Assembly (NCBI GenBank): GCA_013815775.1
Contig: JACDFN010000003.1
Span: 14,354-78,353 of the forward strand
DNA from: Candidatus Saccharimonadota bacterium
GTDB lineage: Bacteria > Patescibacteriota > Saccharimonadia > Saccharimonadales > UBA10212
Direction of reading: 5' to 3'
DNA length: 64,000 nucleotides
The notes below the pieces were generated by a model. That model was not told the origin of the DNA and did not search any database. It was given only the letters and a program-made list of their open reading frames with translations. Positions 40,128 to 49,710 of this stretch are shown here, in pieces. Numbering within the stretch: position 1 is the first letter of the stretch; each line of letters begins with the position of its first letter. A program made the translations under genes and the position numbers.

Positions 40128-41185
40128 ACCCTCATCTTATAAAGTACCAATTAGGGTGTCAATACGATTATGAAAAAAAGCTGTGTATAACTCAAACATG
40201 AGTTGAGCAGCTTAGTCTATAAGCCAAGCTTAAATGCTCATATAACGTCATATAAACTGACCTTTATTGTTGTATTCAAGAACAAACAACTTTAATTTCG
40301 CAACTCAACTAGCATTTTTTATACCAACCTATGTTTGGATTTAAAATAAAATTCGAGCGAGCAGAATAAAGGCTTAATAGATTATTTAAGTTACTTGGTC
40401 TAACATTAACTAAAATGGCACTCAGAACTTAGCTAGCGTCATTTTTTAATGCCTCCATTGCTATTAAGATGATGTCTTGTCCGGTCTACAGGGCGTATGG
40501 ATTTTCATAATAACATCAGACTAGGCCTTATAAGGAGTTAAAGGTCTTAATAGATTTCAAATTAACTTCTTAATATAGGTGTTCAACAAAACTTAAAACA
40601 CCGAACAGGTACATTAACTTAGTCCTAATGGAAATTACGGCTTCGCTTATTAATTCATAAGCTCTAACCATCCTGGTAATTCGCGCATGCGGTTCTAGAC
40701 AGTAAATCCAAAAACATGTTATTTACTATTTTGAATAAAATTTTGTGCTTCATGTAAAGAAGGCGATATTAACTTAATATTTTTTTTGGTTTAACAAAAA
40801 TTTATTAATAACACGATCGCTATTGGCAACTAAGCCTAATGGTTTCTCAGTATCCTGTGTGGCTAAATAATGTGAAAGTTAGTTCGAAATTTAGAACTAA
40901 CGCAAACAATACATAGCGCATTATTTTTACTTTTAAAATGAAATTAAGACCTATTAAACTTTCCATAAAGCTGCAGCAGTAAGCTTCGAGCCGACCGAAA
41001 AAACACGGGTATTCCATAGAATAAAAGCGATCAAATAACGAACATAATATTTACAACTATGTGATATTTACTATGTTTTCAAAACAACATAAAATTTACA
41101 TTTGAGCTTTATTAAAACTGTAATGATGTAAAAATACTATCAATATATACTTGACCTTTTAGCTATTGTTTGCTAGGATAATTTC

Positions 41186-41330
41186 AGTAAGTTAAAAAAT
41201 AAAAAGTTACTTACTAATAAGCGACCGGGAGGCGCTAGAATATCACTCTTCGGAAGAAGAGTGGTCAGTCAAGCCGTGGGACGGTAAGCGCTAAATAGTA
41301 ATATACAAAGGGCGCATTTACCGTCCAGGC
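41186..41330 (+). ncRNA. Candidate structured RNA / cis-regulatory leader
   Basis: TTGACC-17-TAGGAT promoter; hairpins AGTAAGT/ACTTACT, CACTCTTC-GGAA-GAAGAGTG, GGACGGTAAGCGC/GCGCATTTACCGTCC. Confidence 0.55.
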
Positions 41331-41345
41331 TCCAAGCTCTACAAT

Positions 41346-41696
41346 GTGTGCATGGACACACAAAGTAAAAACATTAAATTACCAATCGCTTCAGCAGTTG
41401 GTAGTTTTTTTTGTATGTTACTTTTGGCATTGTTTACAAATCCTTTACATAACATAATTTATGCATTGCTATTTTTTGCCGCTTTAACCATAACTCTTGT
41501 ATCGGTAGGTTATTTATCAGTTCTAACCTACCGGAACAGTTTAAGTGCAAAGAGTAGGTCGGTAGTTTTCATTATTAGTATTTCTATAACTCTACTACTA
41601 ATGCTCCGGAGTGCTGGTGCTCTAGGTTTGTTGGATACAGTAGCCTTATGTCTTTTAACGGTAGGTATGCTTTTCTATGTTACGAAAAGGACTTAA
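41346..41696 (+). CDS. Membrane protein (about 4 TM; start may be ATG 41352)
   Basis: Hydrophobic helices. Confidence 0.7.
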   Translation: MCMDTQSKNIKLPIASAVGSFFCMLLLALFTNPLHNIIYALLFFAALTITLVSVGYLSVLTYRNSLSAKSRSVVFIISISITLLLMLRSAGALGLLDTVALCLLTVGMLFYVTKRT

Positions 41697-41735
41697 ATTT
41701 AATGAGCGATTCAGCGTAATCCATGAAGTATAATA

Positions 41736-42164
41736 ATGGATATGAATAAAAAGAGCGGAGAGATTCAGCCTCAATTCGAGCTACCTCAAGATCCCCAAGG
41801 TAGCGAGACTCTTAAAGAGCGAGCAATGGAGGCACCCCGAGATGGAGAGGGTGTTAGTGGTAAGCAGCAGGGGGGCACATCAAATCCATATGCCGTAGCA
41901 CCAGCAGTACCGCCAGCTATTTCTATTCCTGTTAAATTGGGCGGTAAAGATAGCAGCACTACAGCTGGAATAGCTACTAGTGATTTATCAGCTCAAGATA
42001 CAGACCTAATAGAAAAACAGTGGGTAGAGAGGGCCAAAGCTATAGTGGCTAGAACGCAGAATGATCCTTTCATTCAAAAGAATGAAATTAATAAGGCGGG
42101 GGCCGATTATATAAAGAAGCGATTTAATAAGACTATTCCGACGGATGATACGGTAAGAAAATGA
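41736..42164 (+). CDS. Hypothetical protein
   Basis: Disordered N-terminus, helical C-terminus (DLIEKQWV...DPF...DYIKKRF); overlaps the next start. Confidence 0.75.
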   Translation: MDMNKKSGEIQPQFELPQDPQGSETLKERAMEAPRDGEGVSGKQQGGTSNPYAVAPAVPPAISIPVKLGGKDSSTTAGIATSDLSAQDTDLIEKQWVERAKAIVARTQNDPFIQKNEINKAGADYIKKRFNKTIPTDDTVRK

Positions 42165-45043
42165 ACGTCCTATTAGTACTGGGCGGTTTTTTAGTTTTGG
42201 CGCTGGCCGGATGCTCCTTTGGTTACTTCTATGTGCGTCAGCTGTATCGACAGCAGAAAAACTATGAGCGGGGTTTAAAAATGGTTCCACTGCTCATTCA
42301 CTTGCCACCGCCAAGCGATGATACGGACGGGGGTGGTAGAGACGCTAGGGACGTCACCGACGAGAATATTTCCAGAGCGCAGACTCTCTACAGCATACTA
42401 TCTAGTACTTTTCAGAAAGGATTTAAGTCTAAGTTTTACGGCCAGAGACATATTGGGCTTGAAATTATAGCCGCCCACGGCTCGGTGCACTTTTATGCTG
42501 CCGTACCCGTACCATTGGTAAGTGTAGTAGAGCAAGCGATTGTTAGCGCCTACCCATCAGCCCGGCTAGAGGAAGTAGCCGATCACAATATTTTTAGCCC
42601 GGTGGGCCGTATAACAGGTACTCTAGGAGGCGAACTAGTGTTAAAGGAGCACTTCGCTTACCCGATTGCTACATATCTTGACCTGAAGAGAGACACTATG
42701 CAGTCGCTTTTAAACTCTCTATCTACACTTACTAAGGAAGATGGGGCAGGGGTGCAGATACTACTACGGCCAGCAGACGGTTCATGGCGCCGAGCAGCTA
42801 CATCCGAAGCAGATAAAAAACGAGGAGGAAAATCAAAGCCCAAAGGCCTTGACAGTATTTTTTGGACAGTCGGCCAAATTTTTACAGCTTTAACCAAGCC
42901 GCCTGACAGTAAAGACGGAGATAAAGGGCACGAGCCCAATAAAGAGATATCAAGTCTTGACCAATCTGTTATTCAAGCCATAGAGGAAAAAACAAAGCAG
43001 CCTGGCTATGAAGTGCTCGTCAGGCTGGTTGCCTCTTCTAATATTTCTCATAGAGCTCAGTCTGTTTTGAATAACATTATTGCTACGTTTTCGCTATACG
43101 ATGCTCCTGGAAAAAATGGTTTTAAGTTTGTACCCGCAAAAGACATTGATAGTTTTATAACTGCTTATATACTTCGTTTTTTCCCTCAGCAAAACACTAG
43201 GAACATCCTAAATGCAACTGAAATCGCCACTCTGTTCCACTTCCCAGACCAGAAGAACATCCCTACTTCACAACTTGAGCGTCAATCTTCTAAGCAAGTT
43301 GATGGCCCCAGAAACGTACCGGAAAAGGGTACTCTGCTTGGATACAATATGTTCAGAGGTGCCAAGAAGGCAATAAAGCTAGCCGAGGCGGATCGGGCAC
43401 GACACATGTACGTTGTCGGACAAACTGGTACGGGCAAATCAACATTCTTAGAAAATTTGGCCCTCCAGGACATGCTAGAAGGCCGGGGATTCGCATTTGT
43501 GGATCCACATGGTGATACCGCCGAAAAATTGCTCTCAATGGTTCCTAAAGAGCGTACAGAGGATGTTATATACTTCTGTCCCGCCGATATGGACTATCCT
43601 TTGGGGCTCAACATGTTTGAGTACCACTCGCCTGACCAAAAAGACTTCTTAATTCAAGAAGCTATAAATATGCTCTATAAACTATATGACCCCGGTAGGA
43701 CGGGCATTATAGGTCCCCGCTATGAACATCTTTTCCGTAACGCAGCCCTAACGGTTATGGCTGACCCGGCAGGGGGTAGTTTTGTTGATATACCCAAGCT
43801 CTTCCGGGATCCGAGGTTTGTAGAGCAAAAACTAAAACACGTAACGGATCAGAATGTATTAGAGTTTTGGCGCAAAGAAATGCCACAGTCACAGAGGTCA
43901 AATGATTTTGGAGAAGTGGTAAGTTGGTTCGTGAGTAAGTTTGGTGCGTTTCTTTCTAACGAGATGATGAGAAACATAATCGGCCAAGCAAAAAGCTCAT
44001 TTAATTTACGGGAGGTAATGGACAGCGGTAAAATTCTACTGGTAAACCTAAGCCGCGGTCGTACCGGGGATCTTAATTCAAAACTGCTTGGTATGATTTT
44101 TATCATGAAGTTCGAGGCGGCAGCAATGTCTAGGGCGGATATACCTGAAGAATATAGACGAGATTTTTGTCTCTATGTAGATGAGTTCCAGAATTTTGCT
44201 ACCGATTCATTCGCTGACATATTAAGCCAAGCTCGGAAATATCACCTTAATTTAATAGTTGCGAACCAATTCACTACTCAACTCAAGGAAGAAGTTCGAG
44301 ATGCCGTGTTCGGTAATGTAGGCTCGGTTGTTTGCTTTAGGGTAGGTACAAACGACGCTGAATTCTTAGCTAAACAGTATGCCCCCATATTCGACATAGA
44401 TGATTTACAGTTCTTACCCAATGCCAATACAGCCGTACGGATGATGATTGGCGGGGTTCCGGTGCAACCGTTTAGTATGGCAACCTTACCACCCTTAGGC
44501 CAGCCAAATAAGCAGTTGGGTGAAGCCTTGAAACAGCTTTCTGCGGCTAAGTACGGAAGGCCTAAAGCCATAGTTGAGTCGGAAATATTCAAGCGAATGG
44601 CAACTACGCAACCAGAGCGACCGCAACTTCTAGGCAGGGATGCATTCACTGAAGGCTCTGGGTATTCTTTGGCGAGTCCCTCAACAGTGACCAATAGATC
44701 AATAGGGCCACCGACTGTACAATCCTCTACCGCTAAACCGTCTTTCCTTGACGAATGGCTGAGCAAGCGTAAAAAAATGGAAGCCAGCGGTGTAATCAAT
44801 AAAATAAATACTCACTCACTAAAACCAGGAACTACTTGGGATGCACGGGGTAAATCTGGACAAAACCCTTTAGCCCCAAGCCTATCTACACTCCATGAGG
44901 CAACATCAGCACCCCATAAGAAGAAAGAATCCGACACGGGGGAGCTGAAAATCCAAAGAGACAATCAAGAAAGCGTTCCGGCTGACCAAGTTAAAAGCGT
45001 TCGCATAGATAGAGAAGGAAACATAAGCTATGACAGGTCGTAG
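42161..45043 (+). CDS. VirD4/TraD-like coupling ATPase (HerA/FtsK superfamily)
   Basis: RHMYVVGQTGTGKS, DPHGD, YVDEFQNF, QARKY, ANQF, FGNVG. Confidence 0.88.
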   Translation: MNVLLVLGGFLVLALAGCSFGYFYVRQLYRQQKNYERGLKMVPLLIHLPPPSDDTDGGGRDARDVTDENISRAQTLYSILSSTFQKGFKSKFYGQRHIGLEIIAAHGSVHFYAAVPVPLVSVVEQAIVSAYPSARLEEVADHNIFSPVGRITGTLGGELVLKEHFAYPIATYLDLKRDTMQSLLNSLSTLTKEDGAGVQILLRPADGSWRRAATSEADKKRGGKSKPKGLDSIFWTVGQIFTALTKPPDSKDGDKGHEPNKEISSLDQSVIQAIEEKTKQPGYEVLVRLVASSNISHRAQSVLNNIIATFSLYDAPGKNGFKFVPAKDIDSFITAYILRFFPQQNTRNILNATEIATLFHFPDQKNIPTSQLERQSSKQVDGPRNVPEKGTLLGYNMFRGAKKAIKLAEADRARHMYVVGQTGTGKSTFLENLALQDMLEGRGFAFVDPHGDTAEKLLSMVPKERTEDVIYFCPADMDYPLGLNMFEYHSPDQKDFLIQEAINMLYKLYDPGRTGIIGPRYEHLFRNAALTVMADPAGGSFVDIPKLFRDPRFVEQKLKHVTDQNVLEFWRKEMPQSQRSNDFGEVVSWFVSKFGAFLSNEMMRNIIGQAKSSFNLREVMDSGKILLVNLSRGRTGDLNSKLLGMIFIMKFEAAAMSRADIPEEYRRDFCLYVDEFQNFATDSFADILSQARKYHLNLIVANQFTTQLKEEVRDAVFGNVGSVVCFRVGTNDAEFLAKQYAPIFDIDDLQFLPNANTAVRMMIGGVPVQPFSMATLPPLGQPNKQLGEALKQLSAAKYGRPKAIVESEIFKRMATTQPERPQLLGRDAFTEGSGYSLASPSTVTNRSIGPPTVQSSTAKPSFLDEWLSKRKKMEASGVINKINTHSLKPGTTWDARGKSGQNPLAPSLSTLHEATSAPHKKKESDTGELKIQRDNQESVPADQVKSVRIDREGNISYDRS

Positions 45044-45053
45044 GACCTAGACT

Positions 45054-45614
45054 TTATTTCTTATGTAGTCTTTTTAACAATAGCTCTATAATCCATCCCG
45101 TACCGAATCCCGCTGCAAGCAAGAGGATAAACACACTGAAATTGTAATTATAACCATAGTGCTTAGTCAGATAGTAGTAGACTGTGCTACCTACTAACGC
45201 CATGATGCCACCGCCCAAAATACCAGATGGTCTTCCTATAGTTGTGGCAGTTATTTCGCTGGCTTTTTCTACTACTGGCTGATGCATAAACTTGCTTATG
45301 GGTTTCTGAAACGGGTTCAGATTTTTCTGCGCTCTGCCTAAAAGGCGATTATAGGCCATGGTTTTTAGTTCCTTGCTCACATAAGCCTGATCTGATAGCT
45401 GGGGTTGCTTTTCATCATCATCGATTATTATGTGTTCACTTTTCTCGGCTTCTTTATTGGCGGCCTCTCTTATAGATTCAATCTTGTGCTTATTTTCATG
45501 CACAGTACCTTGAATCTCGGGGGAGGTGTCTATTTTCTCCGAGCTATGATCGGGACCATGTTCTTCCGGGTGATAAATCTCTGCATTGCCAGGTAAGTTT
45601 AATTTTTCACTCAT
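45054..45614 (-). CDS. Hypothetical membrane protein
   Basis: Charged N-terminus, two C-terminal TM segments. Confidence 0.75.
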   Translation of the reverse strand: MSEKLNLPGNAEIYHPEEHGPDHSSEKIDTSPEIQGTVHENKHKIESIREAANKEAEKSEHIIIDDDEKQPQLSDQAYVSKELKTMAYNRLLGRAQKNLNPFQKPISKFMHQPVVEKASEITATTIGRPSGILGGGIMALVGSTVYYYLTKHYGYNYNFSVFILLLAAGFGTGWIIELLLKRLHKK

Positions 45615-45615
45615 C

Positions 45616-47592
45616 CTACATCCCCCCGCCTAAAGTGTATTCGGCTTTTATAACTTCCAATTCACGGATCATGATTCTACTCCGAGCGAATAAATAGCCT
45701 GCAACTACTGCTACGGATCCTGCGATCGCTAAAGTGGTGCCGGGTCCAGTGTTGGGTAGGCTAGTAGAGGCGCTCTGCGCTACAGTCTTAACAATTGGAC
45801 AATCAACGCTCATTGTCACTTCGTTACCATAGTCATTAGATATGGCGCAGTTATAGTCAGGAGAAAGACTTGAGGGACTGTTGGTGGATGGAATTATCTC
45901 CTTAATCTTAACCCGAATGGTCTTTACTTCTGAACTGTTAGCTTTCAAATTCAGGGTAGTCCACTTGAGATGGTTCTGAGAATCAAGCACTAAGCCTTGA
46001 TTAGACAACTCTGAATGATCTATTAGCTCGGCATATTGCAAGACATCACCAAAGTAATCATCACCTTGGTAGTTTCGATAGTCACTGGATGTGACATTCT
46101 TTGTAGTTAATTTAAATTCTATAATGTCGCCGCTTTTCACTGAAGTCCCATCGGCATTACTAACCTTTTGTGTGACGTTTGTAACTGCTTTAGATAAATT
46201 TACTCTGGGTTCTTCAGCTATGATGACTTGAGTAGGGCAAGGACCAGTTTGTTGTGTTGGTCCTCCGTCGCTAGTAATTTCAGCGTATACCAATATTTTG
46301 TGGTTGCCAGCAGTTAGGTTGCTAATTTGTTTGTCGTAAGGAGTGGCAGAAGTATTATCGCGGTAGTCAAAGGTCCCGTTGCCATCAATATCGTAGAGAT
46401 AGCCAACGACCCTAGCTCCATTTTGGACGTATGCTTCAGTTCGAATAATTACTTCTCTGTTTGAACCGCTAGCCAAGGAGGTAGAAGCTACACAATACCC
46501 GCTTGGAGTAGCAGTTGTGGGGGGTGGCGGGTTTGGTGCAACAGTGGGGTTAGGGCTGGGTGTTGGGGTAGGTACCGGTGCAGGTGCAGGCGTGGGTTTA
46601 GGGGAGGTTTTGGGTAATGGCTCTCTTATAACAGTAATACAAGGAGCAGCCGATGATTTATTACCAGTTTGGGTTGAGCTAATGACAGCACTATTGCAAA
46701 TAATAGTATTATTGCGCGTATTTGCCCGAACCTTTACAGAAAGGTTACTTACGTACGGAGATGATCTATAGCCTAGCTCTCCGCTCCGCTTTATAGTCAA
46801 GGTATTTCCACTACGGCTCGATAAATCGTCTAAAGATACGAATTCAAAGTTAGGGTTTAGGTTATCAGTCAGCTTAAACCCGGTAGCCAGTGAATCCTCT
46901 CTCTCATTTTGGTACTCAATTCGGAATCTAACAACCTCACCAGGCTTAACTCTGGAAGCTGTTAGAAGCGTTTTATTAACAGTTAGTTTTGGCTTAGGAG
47001 GGGTGGGCAAATAAGGGCGATCAAATGTAGGATTACCGCAAGTCTGCAGTATCCAAAAACTTACTCCAAACTGGTTCTTACCTTGAAAGGCCGCATAACT
47101 ACTAGAGGGCCCAGTATCCCATGCCCTAAGTGGCCGCTGATAAACAATGTTGCCACTAGCGTTTACGGTTCGTTCTCCCCATTTTGTACTGCTGATTCCG
47201 AAAGATGTTAGCGGTAATCTACCGGTGCTCCACCAATTGCGGCTAGTCGATTTGATAGTAGCGTTAGGTTTCTCGCCGGGAATAGCCGCAATGTTAGCTC
47301 TCTTAATACCGAATTTTTCATAGATAGCTCGAATATTACCGGTGTTATTGTCCCAAGCTTGCAGCAAGCTAGATTTAGTAGTTATCCCGTTTATGATGTC
47401 ATTTGGGGAGGCAGCTAACGAATTCTGAGCAGGGTATTGTGCAGCAACAATCTGGACTAACAGGGATAGTATAACCATTATAAAGCCCAATCTTCGAAGT
47501 GCAGCTTCGCCTCGTAAACGATGCGAATAGAAGTTTATCTGTTCAACTAAACTGGGGTTAAATGGTAAATTTGCGAGTATTTTTTTGAACAT
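45616..47592 (-). CDS. Cell-surface protein with DUF11-like domains, Pro/Thr linker and LPNTG sorting-like tail
   Basis: Signal-like N-terminus; KTLL..VKPGEVVRF, SGDIIEFKL; LPNTG followed by TM and basic residues. Confidence 0.8.
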   Translation of the reverse strand: MFKKILANLPFNPSLVEQINFYSHRLRGEAALRRLGFIMVILSLLVQIVAAQYPAQNSLAASPNDIINGITTKSSLLQAWDNNTGNIRAIYEKFGIKRANIAAIPGEKPNATIKSTSRNWWSTGRLPLTSFGISSTKWGERTVNASGNIVYQRPLRAWDTGPSSSYAAFQGKNQFGVSFWILQTCGNPTFDRPYLPTPPKPKLTVNKTLLTASRVKPGEVVRFRIEYQNEREDSLATGFKLTDNLNPNFEFVSLDDLSSRSGNTLTIKRSGELGYRSSPYVSNLSVKVRANTRNNTIICNSAVISSTQTGNKSSAAPCITVIREPLPKTSPKPTPAPAPVPTPTPSPNPTVAPNPPPPTTATPSGYCVASTSLASGSNREVIIRTEAYVQNGARVVGYLYDIDGNGTFDYRDNTSATPYDKQISNLTAGNHKILVYAEITSDGGPTQQTGPCPTQVIIAEEPRVNLSKAVTNVTQKVSNADGTSVKSGDIIEFKLTTKNVTSSDYRNYQGDDYFGDVLQYAELIDHSELSNQGLVLDSQNHLKWTTLNLKANSSEVKTIRVKIKEIIPSTNSPSSLSPDYNCAISNDYGNEVTMSVDCPIVKTVAQSASTSLPNTGPGTTLAIAGSVAVVAGYLFARSRIMIRELEVIKAEYTLGGGM

Positions 47593-47744
47593 TAAGATAT
47601 GCTCGACTTTATTAATGGTTTGTAGGCTTATTTAAACATGAATACATGTGTTCAGACAAGGTCTAAACAGGTTGTTATTTGAAGTGTAACCTTCTATAAT
47701 AAGAGGTGATAGAGAACAAATTATAAAAGTGAGGGACAGCCGCG

Positions 47745-49706
47745 GTGAGCAAAACAAAACCACAGGCCTATGATGCCAGTCAAATTCAAGTCTTAGAGGG
47801 TTTAGAGCCAGTCCGTAAACGACCGGGCATGTATATCGGCAGTACTGGTATTGAAGGCCTGCATCACATGATAAAAGAGCTGGCTGATAATGGTATTGAC
47901 GAGGTTATTGCCGGTGAAGCTACTTTGCTTGAAGTTATTCTACATGCCGACGGTGGAGCTACTGTTATCGACAACGGTCGAGGTATCCCAGTTGAAACCC
48001 ACCCTAAAACTGGAAAAAGCACCCTTGAAACAGTTTTAACTGTTCTTCATGCCGGTGGTAAGTTCGGCTCTGGTGGCTACAAGGTCTCTAGTGGCCTACA
48101 CGGCGTAGGTTCAAGCGTAGTCAATGCTCTCTCAACTAAGCTGGTAGCTACTGTTGCTCGGGATGGATATTATTGGACTCAAGAATATGAGCGCGGTGCA
48201 CCAAAAAGCGATATACAAAGGGGCGAGAAAGCCAATGGAACGGGTACTACAATTAAGTTTTACCCCGATGATACTATTTTTGAGACGGTTGTTTTTAATT
48301 ATGATTGGGTAATAAATTACCTTAGGCATCAGGCTTACTTGACAAAGGGGGTAAAGGCTACAGTATTTGATGAGCGGACTAGTGCCGGTTATGCCTTTTA
48401 TTTCGAGGGTGGGATTGAATCATACGTTCGGCATTTAAATAGCGGCAAAGAAGCCATAGATGATGAAATATTCTACGTCGATAAAGAGATAGGGGATGGT
48501 GTTGTTGAGATTGCAATGCAATATAGCGATGCTTATTCCGAAACCGTAATGCCGTTTGCGAACAACGTCCACAACCCAGACGGGGGCTCCCATCTTACGG
48601 GCTTCAGGACCGCTCTCACCAGAGTCGTGAACGACTATGCTAGAAAAAACGGGTTAATAAAAGAGAAAGAAGAAAATCTAACTGGCGAAGATTGCAGAGA
48701 AGGCCTTACAGCGGTAATCCTGGTTAAAATTCCTGATCCTCAATTTGAAGGTCAAACCAAAAACAAGCTCGGTAACCCCGAAGTTAGAGGTTACGTAGAG
48801 CAGGTAATGAACGAGTGGTTCAACTATTACCTAGAGGAACATCCCGCTGTAGCTCGTAGGATAGTTAACAAGGCTCTGCTTGCCGCTCGCGCTCGCAAAG
48901 CTGCAAGGGCAGCGCGTGATAATATAATCCGAAAGGGTGCCCTTGAGGGTTCGACATTGCCGGGTAAGCTGTCTGACTGCGCTACTAAAGATCGTAGCGA
49001 AGCAGAATTATTTATAGTTGAGGGAAAAAGTGCCGGTGGATCGGCCAAAGATGGCCGTAACAGCCATTTTCAGGCCATTCTGCCGCTTAGGGGAAAGGTA
49101 CTTAATGTTGAACGCGCTCGGCTGGATAAAATGCTAGGGAACGAGGAAATCGTCAACCTTATCAAGGCAATGGGAGTGGGTATTGATGAGCAGTTCAACA
49201 TAGAGGGTCTTCGTTACGATAAAGTTGTTATCATGACGGATGCTGATGTTGACGGAGCACACATTAGTACTCTCTTACTTACTTTATTCTTCCGACACAT
49301 GGTATCGGTTATAGAGGGAGGACACTTATACATCGCACAACCACCCCTATATGCAATCGGCTCCGGTAAAAAGAAGGACTACGCTTACTCGGATTTAGAG
49401 CGCGACGGAATGATAGATAAGTTGATTGCGGACCGTCGAGAAAAAGGCCACAAAATAAACTCCGATGACGACCGTATTAAACAAGCAGGAGTATCCATGC
49501 AACGCTATAAAGGTTTAGGAGAGATGGACGCCGACCAACTATGGGAGACTACAATGGATCCTGATAAAAGGGTTCTTCTTCAGATCAAGGTAGAGGATGC
49601 CGAAAAGGCCGATACTATATTTAGTAAGCTAATGGGAACAGAGGTAGAGCTGCGTAAAAACTTTATTCAGACCCACGCAAAATTCGTAAAGGACTTGGAT
49701 ATTTAA
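47745..49706 (+). CDS. gyrB: DNA gyrase subunit B
   Basis: [40 protein letters not shown]. Confidence 0.97.
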   Translation: MSKTKPQAYDASQIQVLEGLEPVRKRPGMYIGSTGIEGLHHMIKELADNGIDEVIAGEATLLEVILHADGGATVIDNGRGIPVETHPKTGKSTLETVLTVLHAGGKFGSGGYKVSSGLHGVGSSVVNALSTKLVATVARDGYYWTQEYERGAPKSDIQRGEKANGTGTTIKFYPDDTIFETVVFNYDWVINYLRHQAYLTKGVKATVFDERTSAGYAFYFEGGIESYVRHLNSGKEAIDDEIFYVDKEIGDGVVEIAMQYSDAYSETVMPFANNVHNPDGGSHLTGFRTALTRVVNDYARKNGLIKEKEENLTGEDCREGLTAVILVKIPDPQFEGQTKNKLGNPEVRGYVEQVMNEWFNYYLEEHPAVARRIVNKALLAARARKAARAARDNIIRKGALEGSTLPGKLSDCATKDRSEAELFIVEGKSAGGSAKDGRNSHFQAILPLRGKVLNVERARLDKMLGNEEIVNLIKAMGVGIDEQFNIEGLRYDKVVIMTDADVDGAHISTLLLTLFFRHMVSVIEGGHLYIAQPPLYAIGSGKKKDYAYSDLERDGMIDKLIADRREKGHKINSDDDRIKQAGVSMQRYKGLGEMDADQLWETTMDPDKRVLLQIKVEDAEKADTIFSKLMGTEVELRKNFIQTHAKFVKDLDI

Positions 49707-49710
49707 TCCC

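Noticed and set aside
40180..41150. oriC or dif in the long AT-rich intergenic region
   Set aside because: Only one good DnaA-like box, only a half dif-like match (AACATAATAT near 41041), and gene orientation bias does not switch across it
46500..46625. G-rich repetitive tract
   Set aside because: Encodes the Pro/Thr linker of the surface protein on the minus strand
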